Assembly: GCA_001599295.1 (NCBI GenBank)
Contig: BCGN01000004.1
Location: forward strand, 376,138-440,137
Length of the DNA stretch: 64,000 nt
Reading direction: 5' to 3'
Source of the DNA: Sporopachydermia quercuum
Taxonomy: Eukaryota
Both the position numbers and the translations under genes were made by a program. How positions within the stretch are numbered: the stretch's first letter is position 1; each line of letters opens with the position of its first letter. The notes under the pieces are model-generated. The model searched no databases. It was not told where the DNA came from and saw only the letters and a list, made by a program, of their open reading frames with translations. This document shows, in pieces, positions 35,201 to 46,712 of the stretch.

Positions 35201-36253
35201 ATGCCTTTAGCTCCTCCTTCTCCTCCAGTCATTTCCAAGACTATTGGAAAAGGTAAATTTGAAATCTCAGAAGATGAGAAATATGCCTATGTTCCTAAGA
35301 CTAGCTCAACAAAGCCAGCAATGAAAGTAACAGCTGAAGACTTGACAGTTACAGCTCCTGTTACAACTGAAAAGGTTGAGGCAATGATCAAGAAATACGG
35401 TGGTTGTGTTATCAAGAACTATTTACCAGTTGAAGATTGCAACCAAATTTTGGAAGATGTATCTCCTACTTTGAATCAAGATAGAGCGTGGGATGGTGAT
35501 TTCTTCCCACCAGAAACTAGAAGATGTACGGCATCCTGCTCTAAGTCAATTACCTGTGCAGAGAAGTTTCTAGCCCATCCTTTAAATGTTGCTTTATCAC
35601 ATAAGTTTTTGGGCAAGGAATCTTGTAACTGGCACGGAGAGAAGATTGTTCGTGGTTATTCTCCTCCTCAATACAACTCGTGTATTACCTTCAGAATTGG
35701 ACCTGGTGCTAAGAACCAAGTTCTTCACAGAGATGATGATCTCCACCATACTTATCACACTAACGTTGATGAGTATGAATTTGGTCGTGATACTGCTTTA
35801 GGATCAGTTCTTTGTTTAGAAAAGGCAACTAAAGAAAATGGCGCTACTAGATTCATTCCTGGTTCACATTTATGGGATCATTTTCGTCAACCAAAGGAAG
35901 AAGAATGCGTCTACGCTGAATTGAATCCTGGTGACTGCTTCTTCATGTTGGCCTCTTGTTTCCATGCTGGTAGTGCCAACCAGACCACTGACGAATACAG
36001 AACTGTTGCAATATTATTTATGACTCAAGGAACCTTGAGACAAGAAGAGAACATATTTGCCTCAACTGATATGGAGTACTTCAAGAAGTTATCGCCACTG
36101 CCATTGAAGCTTATGGGATGGACAACTTCAGATCCTTTCTGCGGATGGGTTGGTCTTAAGGATCCTTTGAAGATGGTTGCACCTAATGAGGTTGATGATC
36201 ATGCAGTTGATGATTTGTATGCTGGTTCATACATTCCTGTGTTGCAAGAATAA
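35201..36253 (+). CDS. Phytanoyl-CoA dioxygenase (PhyH)-family Fe(II)/2-oxoglutarate dioxygenase
   Basis: First ATG at 35201; IGPGAKNQVLHRDD (HxD), NGATRFIPGSHLW, FHAGSAN, LRQEEN. Confidence 0.88.
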   Translation: MPLAPPSPPVISKTIGKGKFEISEDEKYAYVPKTSSTKPAMKVTAEDLTVTAPVTTEKVEAMIKKYGGCVIKNYLPVEDCNQILEDVSPTLNQDRAWDGDFFPPETRRCTASCSKSITCAEKFLAHPLNVALSHKFLGKESCNWHGEKIVRGYSPPQYNSCITFRIGPGAKNQVLHRDDDLHHTYHTNVDEYEFGRDTALGSVLCLEKATKENGATRFIPGSHLWDHFRQPKEEECVYAELNPGDCFFMLASCFHAGSANQTTDEYRTVAILFMTQGTLRQEENIFASTDMEYFKKLSPLPLKLMGWTTSDPFCGWVGLKDPLKMVAPNEVDDHAVDDLYAGSYIPVLQE

Positions 36254-36447
36254 TTGAGTTGATTATTTGATTAGCTAAATTTATAATAATAGTGATAGTA
36301 GTGGTTTCATAATATGATGGTGATACATAAATTTATTGTACATCTAATGCAATATTCTCTATACAGCATTGCTACTTTCCATATGTAAATTCGTAAGTTA
36401 AGTTGGTACATTTCGATAATTTACTTAATCTGGAAACTGTTTTCAGA

Positions 36448-39400
36448 TCACTTAGATACTTGAGATTTCATGGACATCAAAGTGTCAGCTCTAGTTAATT
36501 CTGGTAACTCAATTGATGTTCTGGTCAAACCAAAATTCTCTGGTAAAACACCAGCTTCGGTTAAAGATCTTCTAGTTACTTCTAAGGACCTTCTTATTGC
36601 TGATTGAGGGTGAATTTCATGATCTTCATCATATCGTAATATTGGTGATAACACTTTATTTTGATCAGCATTATCTCCTTCATAGGCATCAACGGAAAAT
36701 TCAGATCCATTGTTATCTCCAAACCGTTCACCAAATCTAAACTGTGGTGATGTAATTGGAACGACATCTTCAGCATAGTGCACGCTTCTTCTATTTCTAT
36801 TCAAACTCATTCTATTCATACTCTTTCTGAACTTATTCTCTTGTGATGAAACAAATTCTTCACGTTTTGTCATTTCATCTTCATATCTCATTTCTTGTTG
36901 GAGTTGTAATCCAATCTTTTTCATATTTGGGTCGGTAGGATCATAATACTCCGGATAATGAGCAAACTTCTTTGCTGCCACTTGTTCACGAATGATATCA
37001 ATATCCTTTGGCCTATAAATCTTCTGTACAACATCATAAACAAGTCTAGGCAATAGACATCCCATTATCCCAACAAAATTAACCGCCCAAAATCCAGGAG
37101 TGCCAAAAATTTGAACTCCCGCTTGATAAATTTCCTGAGCATGAACTCCTGCTGACCACATCAATGTCCATAAATATAATGCAAGAATTGATATAGCAAA
37201 TATTAATAATGAAAGCCAATCCCACCGATATTGATGTAATAATACATATACATTAACTGCACATACAGCAATACAAGTAACAAAAATTCCAACATAGTAT
37301 CTTTGATCTAATGGTAACCCTGTTGAAGTAACAAATGGCGAGTAAGTGTACAGCACAAATGGGAAAAAGAAACAAATAACTGATTGATACAAGCCATCAA
37401 GCATATACAACCAAAACTTTTTTTGAGTCCATTCTGATCGGAGAATACCGGTTCGATAAAGTTCAGGAACCATTAAGGACACCACAGCAGAAACGTCTTG
37501 ATCAAAGACACCCATTAGAATAACAGGTAAAGATGTGAAGGCTAGATTGTAGAACATGAGATACGTATATTCAAATAGATATGATCCATCGAAGTTGTTG
37601 TAAATTCCATACCAGTATAAAGCCATTGTGTAAACCTCGTTCTTCAAAAAGAAGCAAGGAATTAGTTCGGCCAAACGTTTGTAAGACCATCTACCATGAA
37701 CTAGGACTAATCGGGTTAAGAATCTGAATTGAGCAATAGCATAGTCAGAAGACATGGCTGCTTGTCTTCCTTCTTCACCAGCGATTCCAACTCCAACATC
37801 AGCAGATTGAATCATAGCAACATCATTTGAACCATCACCAATAGCTAAGGTCATTACATCTAAAGTTTCTTTCACTAGTTTAACAACAGATGCCTTTTGA
37901 GCAGGGGAAACTCTACAGCAAAGGACAGAACGACAGAATTTACAAAGCAGTAAAAATTTTTCTGCAATTTCTGTTGTAGATAATGCAAGTTTTAATGCAT
38001 CACCATCAATCACTACAGCAAAATTACCTGATGGTGGTGAATGATCCTTTTTGATCTCTTCAATATGATGATAATAATCGCCAGAGATTTTGAAGTAATC
38101 AGATAAATACCCAGAAATCAATCCATCTATCGCATCAACTGGGTTTTTATCATTTTCATCCTCATTGAGTCTTATAACAAGTAGTTCCATACCATTTTCA
38201 AGCAGGTTACACGAAAACCCAATGTTGACTGCTGTTTCAACTTTATCCCCCGTAAGGACCCATAGTTTGATACCAGCTTCAGCCAATAAAGCAATTGAAT
38301 CAGGTACACCGTCCTGCAATCTATCCTCAATTGCAGTGCCACCTAATAGTGTCAAATTTCTTTCAATTGAATCGGCAACAGCTTCCATTTTCTCTTCTCT
38401 GTCTTTGATTGCTGCTGCTGCTTCTTGATGTCTTCTATCCCATTCTTCATATTCTTTCAACGAGATTTCTCTTTCGGCAATACATAGAGTACGAAGACCC
38501 TCACTTGCAAATTGTTCTAATTGCAAAGCTGTTTTTTCTAAAAGTTCATTGTCTGAATTATCGCTTAATCTACTATAAATCACGCTATCAGCGCCCTTAC
38601 ATATAAGCAAGATTTTTGGATTATTAGTATCCTTTCCGGGAATTTTGATAATAACACTCATTCTCTTTCTTGTGGAATTAAATTCAAGAGTATTGAGGAC
38701 TTGAATCTCTTGTTTCTCACCTTGACTATCAATCACAAGTCCCCTCTTTGTTCTTTCAATGAAAGAGAAGCCAACATCACGAGCTGTAGAAACTAAGGCC
38801 GCCTCGTCTGGAGATTGAGCTTTGAACTCAATTCTCGTTGGGTCCTTTCTGCTATACTCAGTTAACACAGAATGACAAATAGCTAAACAAAGCATGAAAT
38901 GATAGTTAGCATCTTTTTGGGCACCTCCCCCTTTGCCTAATAAATCATAAACATAATCTGAAGATACAAATGTTAGTTCTTCATCTCTTAGTTGAGGATT
39001 ATCATTAATTTTTCGAAGTTCTCGTATCATCTGCGCTTTATCTTCAGCAATCTGTTCTTTCATCATTTCAGCTTCAGCATGAACATCTATTCCTTGACGT
39101 TTCCTCAGTCCTGCAAATGCTTCTGTATATGCTTTCCCATACGTCTTACTGTTGATAGTACATTTCTTGAACTCCATTACATTCTGAGTTAACGTTCCTG
39201 TTTTATCAGAAAATATATACTCAATTTGACCTAAATCGTCTGAAATATTCCACGTTTTAGGCGTGCAAGGATAATCCAGCTTTTCAGAGTACATCATAAC
39301 ATCAGAATAGATGAAGTAGGCTTGTAAGGTTTTGATAATTTCTATAGAAATGTACAATGAAATGGGCACTAAACTTTGGTATAGAATAATACCAATGAAA

Positions 39401-41598
39401 AAAGATACAATACCAGTAGTAGCAGCTCCACCAGTTTCATAATCAAAGAATGATGGTGAGGTATCAGGTTTGTTATACCAGATACCCGAAATCAGACCAG
39501 ATGTGAAACATAAGACGAACAATAAGACAAAATTCATGATAACCGAAAAATTGAGCTCACGAGCAATACGACTTCTCTTTGTAGGTGTTATTCCAGCATT
39601 GAGCATAATCTTAGTATCACTACCAGTGAAAATAACAACAGCAATAACCCATTTAGTATTACGTAGTGAGCATCCACGTAAAAGAACATTGTTAATATTG
39701 ATGGCTTCTTGCCGTTGCTCATATTCATCATCATTGGCAAAAGAATCTAATGTCGATAGCGTACTTGCATTGCTTCTATCCGTCGAGATACCTTTTACTC
39801 TTTCATACCACTTAATAACACCTTGATATGTGTATAGATTAGGATGCGGCAGTTCACTTTCAATCCAGAATTTGGTTCGTTCACAGTCATAAGAATGGCG
39901 AATGTTTTCACCGCATTTCAATGCTTGACGTACTTTCAAATTGGTTTCACCATCAAGATTCTTCGTCTCGACATAACAAGCCCCATCAGCATCTGATGTT
40001 GAGAGAATTGCTACATCAGCTGGTATTTCGTCATTATTGTTAATTCGTAGTATGTCACCTACTTTAACATTCTTCCAATAATCTTTTTGGAACTTCGATA
40101 TGCCGATAGCAGGTATTGTTTGATCAACAATAGATCCAATGACTTTTTGACCAGCTGACGAATCAGCAAATGGGTTTTCACTGACTGGCTCATCGTTGTT
40201 GGCATCATATATGCTATATTGTCCCGATGGTCTTGGTGATGATATAGTCGACAGATCTGTCATTTGGACATCTCGATTTCGCTCCTTATTTTCTTTCCAT
40301 TTTCTTCGTTCTTCTTTATTAAATGTTCTCTTGAAAAATCTTCCACTAGCAATTGTGCCTCTAGTACAAGCTTTCTTGAAACGACGCCATAAGGATATAT
40401 CATCATCTTGAATATTGGGATTCTCAATGCCCATTAGTTTATGCGTTAAAGTGTTGTTGACTTCGATGTCAAGTATAGTACGTCTATAATCTTCAATTGC
40501 ATCTTTGAATGCAGTGATGCACACAATAACAATTAATGGTACTGCCGCCATACCAGGACTATCTACACCAAAGATTTGAAAAGCTCCAAGAATAACAACA
40601 AACAGGAAATATACATTTGCCACGTTTTTGAATTGGAATGCCAAATTCTTTGGAATAAATGATAATGGAGTGTACTTAGTTGTTCTAATTTTATTTCGTG
40701 GGTATTGCTGTAAGGGTTTACTATTCTCATCAATCATGTTAGAAGGCAATGGAAAATTGTAAAAAATAGAACGAGAGTTGTCGATCGACATTTCTTCTTC
40801 TGAATCGGAATCAGATCCTGATCCTCTGTTGATTCCCGGGGTAGGTGGTACTGCGGTTCCTGATCCATGACGCTTATTCCATACCGAAAACGATCTTTTC
40901 ACAGACACAGGTTTACCTGATTTATTCCGTTTCGTACCCCATCTATGGATCTTCATAATTGTTTTATTACGTTTCACGTCTCCTCCGCGCGAGTTACCCT
41001 CAGGATAACTATCTTTAGCCGGATGACTAACTGCACTGCCGAAATCTGTGACATCTGACTCTCGATCAGCAAACTTAGCATGCAGTTCGCTATCATCTTC
41101 AGCTGGGAAATGATCAAATTTCCGCTGCCGAATATGTGGTGTAGGTTGTATTGAGCCTGCGTCAGAATCTGAGTCTGGAACGGAAAGTCCAGCTGATTGA
41201 GTGATTCCTGTCGATCGGTCGTCAAATCTGTATTCTTCCATTTGAAATGAATCAGGTCTTGGTTTGAACGATAATCTGCGTTCTGGTGTTACTCTTGAGT
41301 CTCTTCCTGTTCTTGTTCCAGAATCTGTACCATCATAATTAGGAAGTCTGTTTGCTCGCGTATTTGTGTAAGTTGTTGATTCTAGATCATCTATAGAACT
41401 GTTTTCAAAATAAGTATTAAGTACTGAACTCATTGACTGTGTATTACTTCTATCACTTATTGGAACCTTAACGGAACTTCTAGTAGGGTTATTGCGGCTA
41501 TTGTTGTCAGCGTCATTATTATTATTACTTCTCACTGGTTCATTGAAGTTGAACGTATCTCGAGGATTTCTAAATGGCGACTCAGGTAGTTGTGACAT
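36448..41598 (-). CDS. DNF1: P4-type ATPase phospholipid flippase (Dnf1/Dnf2 type)
   Basis: 1716 aa; RNKIRTTKYTPLSF, NLDGETNLK, IFSDKTGTLT phosphorylation motif, KLWVLTGDK, AIGDGSNDV. Confidence 0.93.
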   Translation of the reverse strand: MSQLPESPFRNPRDTFNFNEPVRSNNNNDADNNSRNNPTRSSVKVPISDRSNTQSMSSVLNTYFENSSIDDLESTTYTNTRANRLPNYDGTDSGTRTGRDSRVTPERRLSFKPRPDSFQMEEYRFDDRSTGITQSAGLSVPDSDSDAGSIQPTPHIRQRKFDHFPAEDDSELHAKFADRESDVTDFGSAVSHPAKDSYPEGNSRGGDVKRNKTIMKIHRWGTKRNKSGKPVSVKRSFSVWNKRHGSGTAVPPTPGINRGSGSDSDSEEEMSIDNSRSIFYNFPLPSNMIDENSKPLQQYPRNKIRTTKYTPLSFIPKNLAFQFKNVANVYFLFVVILGAFQIFGVDSPGMAAVPLIVIVCITAFKDAIEDYRRTILDIEVNNTLTHKLMGIENPNIQDDDISLWRRFKKACTRGTIASGRFFKRTFNKEERRKWKENKERNRDVQMTDLSTISSPRPSGQYSIYDANNDEPVSENPFADSSAGQKVIGSIVDQTIPAIGISKFQKDYWKNVKVGDILRINNNDEIPADVAILSTSDADGACYVETKNLDGETNLKVRQALKCGENIRHSYDCERTKFWIESELPHPNLYTYQGVIKWYERVKGISTDRSNASTLSTLDSFANDDEYEQRQEAININNVLLRGCSLRNTKWVIAVVIFTGSDTKIMLNAGITPTKRSRIARELNFSVIMNFVLLFVLCFTSGLISGIWYNKPDTSPSFFDYETGGAATTGIVSFFIGIILYQSLVPISLYISIEIIKTLQAYFIYSDVMMYSEKLDYPCTPKTWNISDDLGQIEYIFSDKTGTLTQNVMEFKKCTINSKTYGKAYTEAFAGLRKRQGIDVHAEAEMMKEQIAEDKAQMIRELRKINDNPQLRDEELTFVSSDYVYDLLGKGGGAQKDANYHFMLCLAICHSVLTEYSRKDPTRIEFKAQSPDEAALVSTARDVGFSFIERTKRGLVIDSQGEKQEIQVLNTLEFNSTRKRMSVIIKIPGKDTNNPKILLICKGADSVIYSRLSDNSDNELLEKTALQLEQFASEGLRTLCIAEREISLKEYEEWDRRHQEAAAAIKDREEKMEAVADSIERNLTLLGGTAIEDRLQDGVPDSIALLAEAGIKLWVLTGDKVETAVNIGFSCNLLENGMELLVIRLNEDENDKNPVDAIDGLISGYLSDYFKISGDYYHHIEEIKKDHSPPSGNFAVVIDGDALKLALSTTEIAEKFLLLCKFCRSVLCCRVSPAQKASVVKLVKETLDVMTLAIGDGSNDVAMIQSADVGVGIAGEEGRQAAMSSDYAIAQFRFLTRLVLVHGRWSYKRLAELIPCFFLKNEVYTMALYWYGIYNNFDGSYLFEYTYLMFYNLAFTSLPVILMGVFDQDVSAVVSLMVPELYRTGILRSEWTQKKFWLYMLDGLYQSVICFFFPFVLYTYSPFVTSTGLPLDQRYYVGIFVTCIAVCAVNVYVLLHQYRWDWLSLLIFAISILALYLWTLMWSAGVHAQEIYQAGVQIFGTPGFWAVNFVGIMGCLLPRLVYDVVQKIYRPKDIDIIREQVAAKKFAHYPEYYDPTDPNMKKIGLQLQQEMRYEDEMTKREEFVSSQENKFRKSMNRMSLNRNRRSVHYAEDVVPITSPQFRFGERFGDNNGSEFSVDAYEGDNADQNKVLSPILRYDEDHEIHPQSAIRRSLEVTRRSLTEAGVLPENFGLTRTSIELPELTRADTLMSMKSQVSK

Positions 41599-44259
41599 TT
41601 TGAGGTGTAGATGATATGGTTCTATATGTTTCTAATGCAATTTCTCATGACACTCTACACGAGATTATCTACTGATCTATGATGAGATAAGATGTGTGAA
41701 GCGAAAAACTATGTCTGTTGAATAACAATAGCTTCTATAGATACACCATTTCCTATCCAGATAATTTTAAAGTATCTAGCTGATGATCAATCTTCCAGTT
41801 AAATTTTTGGCTATTACGCGTTTCTTTCTTTTTACAGGAGATACCTCTCGATACCCTCCGTCGTTGTACTACTTTTTCTTCCTCTGTTGATTCGCAAATG
41901 ATGTACAAACAACTGTTTCTAATGATGAATTTTCAGCGTGTATATTATAACTTTTTGTACGAAGAGAAAGATTGATAATATATTGGTTCTTCTGATTATG
42001 ATAATAATGCTAACCAGCAAGAATTGTATTGAAATTAAAATGAACGAATGACCAAGTCGTATACCTGTCGAACGACAAACAGCAAAAGGAAAACTGAAAA
42101 CTGATCTCTGACAAATACCTACACAGGCACAAGAATTTGATTTCCTAACTATCACTTCGTTTGTTTTGCTGATTTACGATAAACTGAATGCTCGCATACT
42201 CGAATTTTTCGAAATGAGACACTAATAAGTTTTCAAAAAAGAAAAAACTCCTTTCCAGACTTGATAATCTTCTATTTTTATTTCTTTTTATTTTTTTCTG
42301 TTTCTGTACTTTTTGCGGACCCCTCGGAGTTTTTCGTTTTTGACACGAAGTTTAATTTTGTGTACGAAAATCCAACAGAAGTACAGAACCATAAACGAAG
42401 TTTCTTGTTCTTCGCGAAAAGCATGCCTTATAATGGGACGCGATACATGCAAAAAATGGAGTAAAAACTAATAGAGTGAGTTAATATCTACACATTCCGA
42501 AGATTGTAAATACAGGCTACCAACAGCTATCTAAAGTAGGACTATGAGTTCATCGTTTATCTTTAGAATTGCTTTCCTAAATCATCATTTAGTTATCCAT
42601 TCAATTGATTGAGCCATCTGTTTAACTTACTAAGATTTCATGGACAGTCAAGCAGGCAGATTGAGAAACAGAGTTTACAGGTAGTTTAAGACGCGAAAAT
42701 TAATCTGAAAGTCTTAGCTAACGGTCTTCCTAATTGAGAAGACTATGAAGGTGTTCTCGGTGGTCAGTAGTCAGACCAGAGAGAAATAGAAATAAGAGAA
42801 TAGTTGGAAGAGTAGTTTAATAGGAGGTACCATTATACATGAACAGAAAGTAATGAGAAGTATGTCAAATATTGATAAAACGTATTGAAAAGATAGATGG
42901 ATGTGTCTGAAAAGAATTGGCTTGCCTTGAGAAGCTCATGTTATCGAAGATTAAAAAAGAGAGCCTTGGTAGAAGTCAACTTTATAACTAGCTAATTGAA
43001 AAAAAGGTTGTCGGTTAACCTAGGCATCAAATTATTTATTTTTATTAATCTGATAACTATTGAAAGTTACCGAGAGTCTTCATTTCCTCTTGATAACTGG
43101 TTAAACAGCGTATGTTCAACAAACAGACCTGATTTTTGGATGAAATTTGAGCCTCAAAGTCAAATCTAAATCCTTAAAGCTATTCTCAAGGCCCAAGGTT
43201 GAATACCTGTACCTGGAACTTATCTGGTTCCGTGTGGTTCATTAAAGATTCAGGACCCAGAAAACATCATATTGCAATATAATACATTTTTCTAAACTTT
43301 TTTATAGTATTTATGTTCATTGATTTATTTTATTTCGAATGCACTCAATTGATTTCTGATTAATACTTGCATTAGTCTCAGTGACGCATCAAATTTTCCA
43401 ATACGTAATGAAACATATCTGTATGAAGTTTGCTTACAATGAACTTCATGCGCAGTTAAAAAGTCCATTCTAGAGTGGTTCTCAAGCAGACACCAATACT
43501 CAAATATTACTATGAATAACTAACTGTATCAATAATATCAACAAGTAAGGTCTTTCAAATAGTTAGTTACCATCATAATTGACTGTCTGATATACGCTTG
43601 ACTACAAATTTCTAAGTGGCCTGAATTTCTTGTACACCAGATACCATCGGTAGTCGGGAATTATCTGACATGCACATGACTAGGTATTAAGAGTGGTCAT
43701 AATAAATTTACTGTATTAAAATGAAATAGTTTCGATAAGAAAACGCGATGTCAATCTAATTACACTGTCCATTAAAACTCAGGACGTGTAATCTTGAATT
43801 ACACATATATTCTTTGATAGTCATTATAAGCATTCTTTTCTTTCATATAGAGCAATGATAGAAAAGGGTTTGTCTGACACGAAGTTCTGATTCATGTTCG
43901 AAGTCTCACCCGATATCTCGCATTGCCTTGCATATGAGAAGAAAAGCCAAACTTACATCGATCGTCCTAAATGGTTCCCTTTCAAATGNAGGTTACTACC
44001 TGTCTCTGAATTATCGTAGAGATCTGTTTTACAAAGAAAAAATTATATTACTTAAGAAACAAAATAGGATTGATTACATTCAGACGATAGTATCTTTAAT
44101 AAATTGATCCGACGAACAAATCACGCACAATAAGATGAAAATCAGACTTCGTCACATTCAAAAGTAAGTTACCCAACCATAAATGAGTGTTACCAGAAAC
44201 GATAGTAAAACATACAGGGAGAATCATATTATAAGCAAGCTAAGTTAATGAACGCTGCT

Positions 44260-45960
44260 TTAAATAAGGTAATCTCTGAACAAACTCTTCACAGCAAGCT
44301 TGGCGTTTCTTGAGATAACATCACCATGACATGGAATAATAGTGTCAAAATCCCATTGGTATAAACTCTCGATTCCTGGTGCGGTTAGACTCTTTTCCGA
44401 AATCAGTCTATTATTCAAGAAACGTGCAATCTTACTCCAAGGATTCCAGTTTTTAACTACTAAAGATAATCCTCTTATTGGATTGACACCGGTACCGGAA
44501 TATTGTTCTGTCGGTGGCATATTGAACAATAAATCAGCTTCCAAAATGGTTTTGCTAGGCTTATGGTAAAGTACCAATTCTTTGTTTTGATGATATGGGA
44601 AGTAAATAAATTCAAACAGATTGGTAAGTTCTTCGGGCAAACCGATTTCATCGGCAATTTGGGCATTGGGTGATGACTGTGCAGGTGTGGAAGAGTCTTC
44701 AGTCTGCGCAGCTTCCTCTTCTTCTTCAGGAGTTGTTTCAGAAGTTGTTTCTGCTTCTGCTTCTGCTTCAGTTTCCGCGGGAGTTGATTCCGTTTTTTCT
44801 TCAGCGGGTTCACCAGTTTCGGTCTCGGCAGGCGTTTCCTCCGTTGTGCCTTCATTGGGCTCTGTTGTTGATTCAGGAACTTCCGCTTCTTCTTCCTGCT
44901 CCTCTTCTACTACTTCATCTAATTCTTCCTCTGTTTCTTCTTCTGTAGCTTCAACAGTGCTAGGTCTACCAATCACTTGGTTTCCTTGCCTTAATGTAAA
45001 GGCATAACTAAGAGCTAATCGCTTCTTCTTTAGTTCTTCTGGTCCAATTACAGCAGCTTCAGGGAAAACTTCTTGCCAAGAACTAATTCCTAAATAATGT
45101 TCAGCGTCACCTGCAACTAAATAGCTAACCTCAACATAATCAATAATTTTAGGAGTTGGATCTTCCTCGGCAGCTGGAACTTCAGGTTCGCTTTCCTCTT
45201 CAGCTTCTTCAGCTTCTTCAGCTTCCTCTGCAGGTTCTGCGGGTTCTTCTACAGATTCTTCTGCCCCTTTCTGGTTAGATGATGCGCTAGCTTCTCCAGT
45301 TTCTTCCTTAGTTTCTACTTCAGCAGCTTCTCCAGTTTGGGTTTCACTTGGTTCCTTTGCAGTTTCAGCCTCTGGTTCGCTCTCTACTTCTAACTCATTT
45401 ATAGCTTCAGCAATTTCATCAATTGGTGTTTTGTCAGCTTCATCACCTTCTACTCCCTCCTCTGCCTCTTGTGCCTCTTCATTTTCTCCTGAATCTAAGA
45501 CAAGAGTCCCTTTTTGATCTTCATAAACTTTCCATAATGCCTGTTCCATCTCTGGTCCATATGGACATACACAGTATGCCAAAACCTTCACTTTTCCTTC
45601 GTCTGTTTCACCAATATTTATTAGAGTAGTTCTAGCACCAATGTTCAACTTTCCCACTCGTTTGAAAGGTGCTGAGTGTGTCACAATACCCGCCTTAACG
45701 GTTCGTGTAACACCTCCTAATGGATAGTTATAGCCCATGCTGGTCAATCTTGCCGTGTGTCCTAAACAGAAGCGTTAGCCAATTGAAAATTATATTTTAA
45801 CACGAGTAATCCACAAAAATCTAATAAGAGATTTAAGGATAATGAACCTGATTTTCTTACCAGTCTTACTGTTGATCAGTTGCTTGCCAACACTATTATA
45901 AGATAACAAGAAACCTTTCAGTTGTTTTAATGACCAAGCCACATTAGAGAGACCCATCAT
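44260..45960 (-). CDS. DUF4336-like (metallo-beta-lactamase-like fold) protein with two acidic insertions; exons 45960-45861 and 45761-44260 (533 aa)
   Basis: Intron GTAAGA..GGCTAAC..TAG joins an in-frame upstream exon; conserved blocks SAPFKRVG, AGDAEHYL, NKELVLYHKPSKTILEADLLFN, WDFDTIIPCHGDVI. Confidence 0.7.
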
Positions 45961-46712
45961 ATCATCACATTAACTTCCGTACAGAAAGGATGCATTCAAC
46001 TTGCATGAAAAGTGCATATGAAAATGGACTCTAAGACGTTCGTGGTAAAGTTAACTATTTAATATAATTATTGGTTCACAAGTGTAGAATAAAAAGAAAA
46101 AACTGATTAAATAATCTAAAGAATTACCATGGATTTGAAAGCTGTTGAATTACATCCTGCTCCATTGTTTCAATGGTACATGAGAATTAGTGAATGAGGG
46201 GGGATTCATGTTGATGCACTTTCCCTCTTATCGCAAGAGAATTAATCATTTTGTACGAATATCATGTTGTTATTGTACTTAGAAGTTCTGACAATGCCTC
46301 ACTTTATAAACAGGTGACGGTGTAAAGAAGGGTAACTAAGTTAGATTTGGAAACATGACGCTTCCATGCAGGAATTATGCAGAAGTTTACATTCTATCAC
46401 ACGAGGATGGCCTATGATCGATCAAAAAAAAATGGATTTGCTAGAGAAGTAGTGATTGGTAATTTTCACTGAGATTGCCATAGAATGTATATTGATAGCG
46501 AATAATATATATATTCAAGATGATCAAAAGAATGAGTTTGTGTGGTGAGAAAGAATATATGTAAGTTCGATGGGTCACATAAATCTAATTAGATAATATG
46601 CATCAGAATCTGTATCATAATTCTTGGTGGACTATTACACCATAAGAGTAATATATTAATTATATTAATCATAAGATGAAGAAAAACAAATATAGCATAT
46701 ATAGTCGACAGT

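Noticed and set aside
44342..45629. Antisense and alternate-frame ORFs over the acidic repeat gene, and likewise over PAB1, DNF1, SUP45 and TF-B
   Set aside because: Shadow ORFs arising from codon bias and low-complexity coding sequence.
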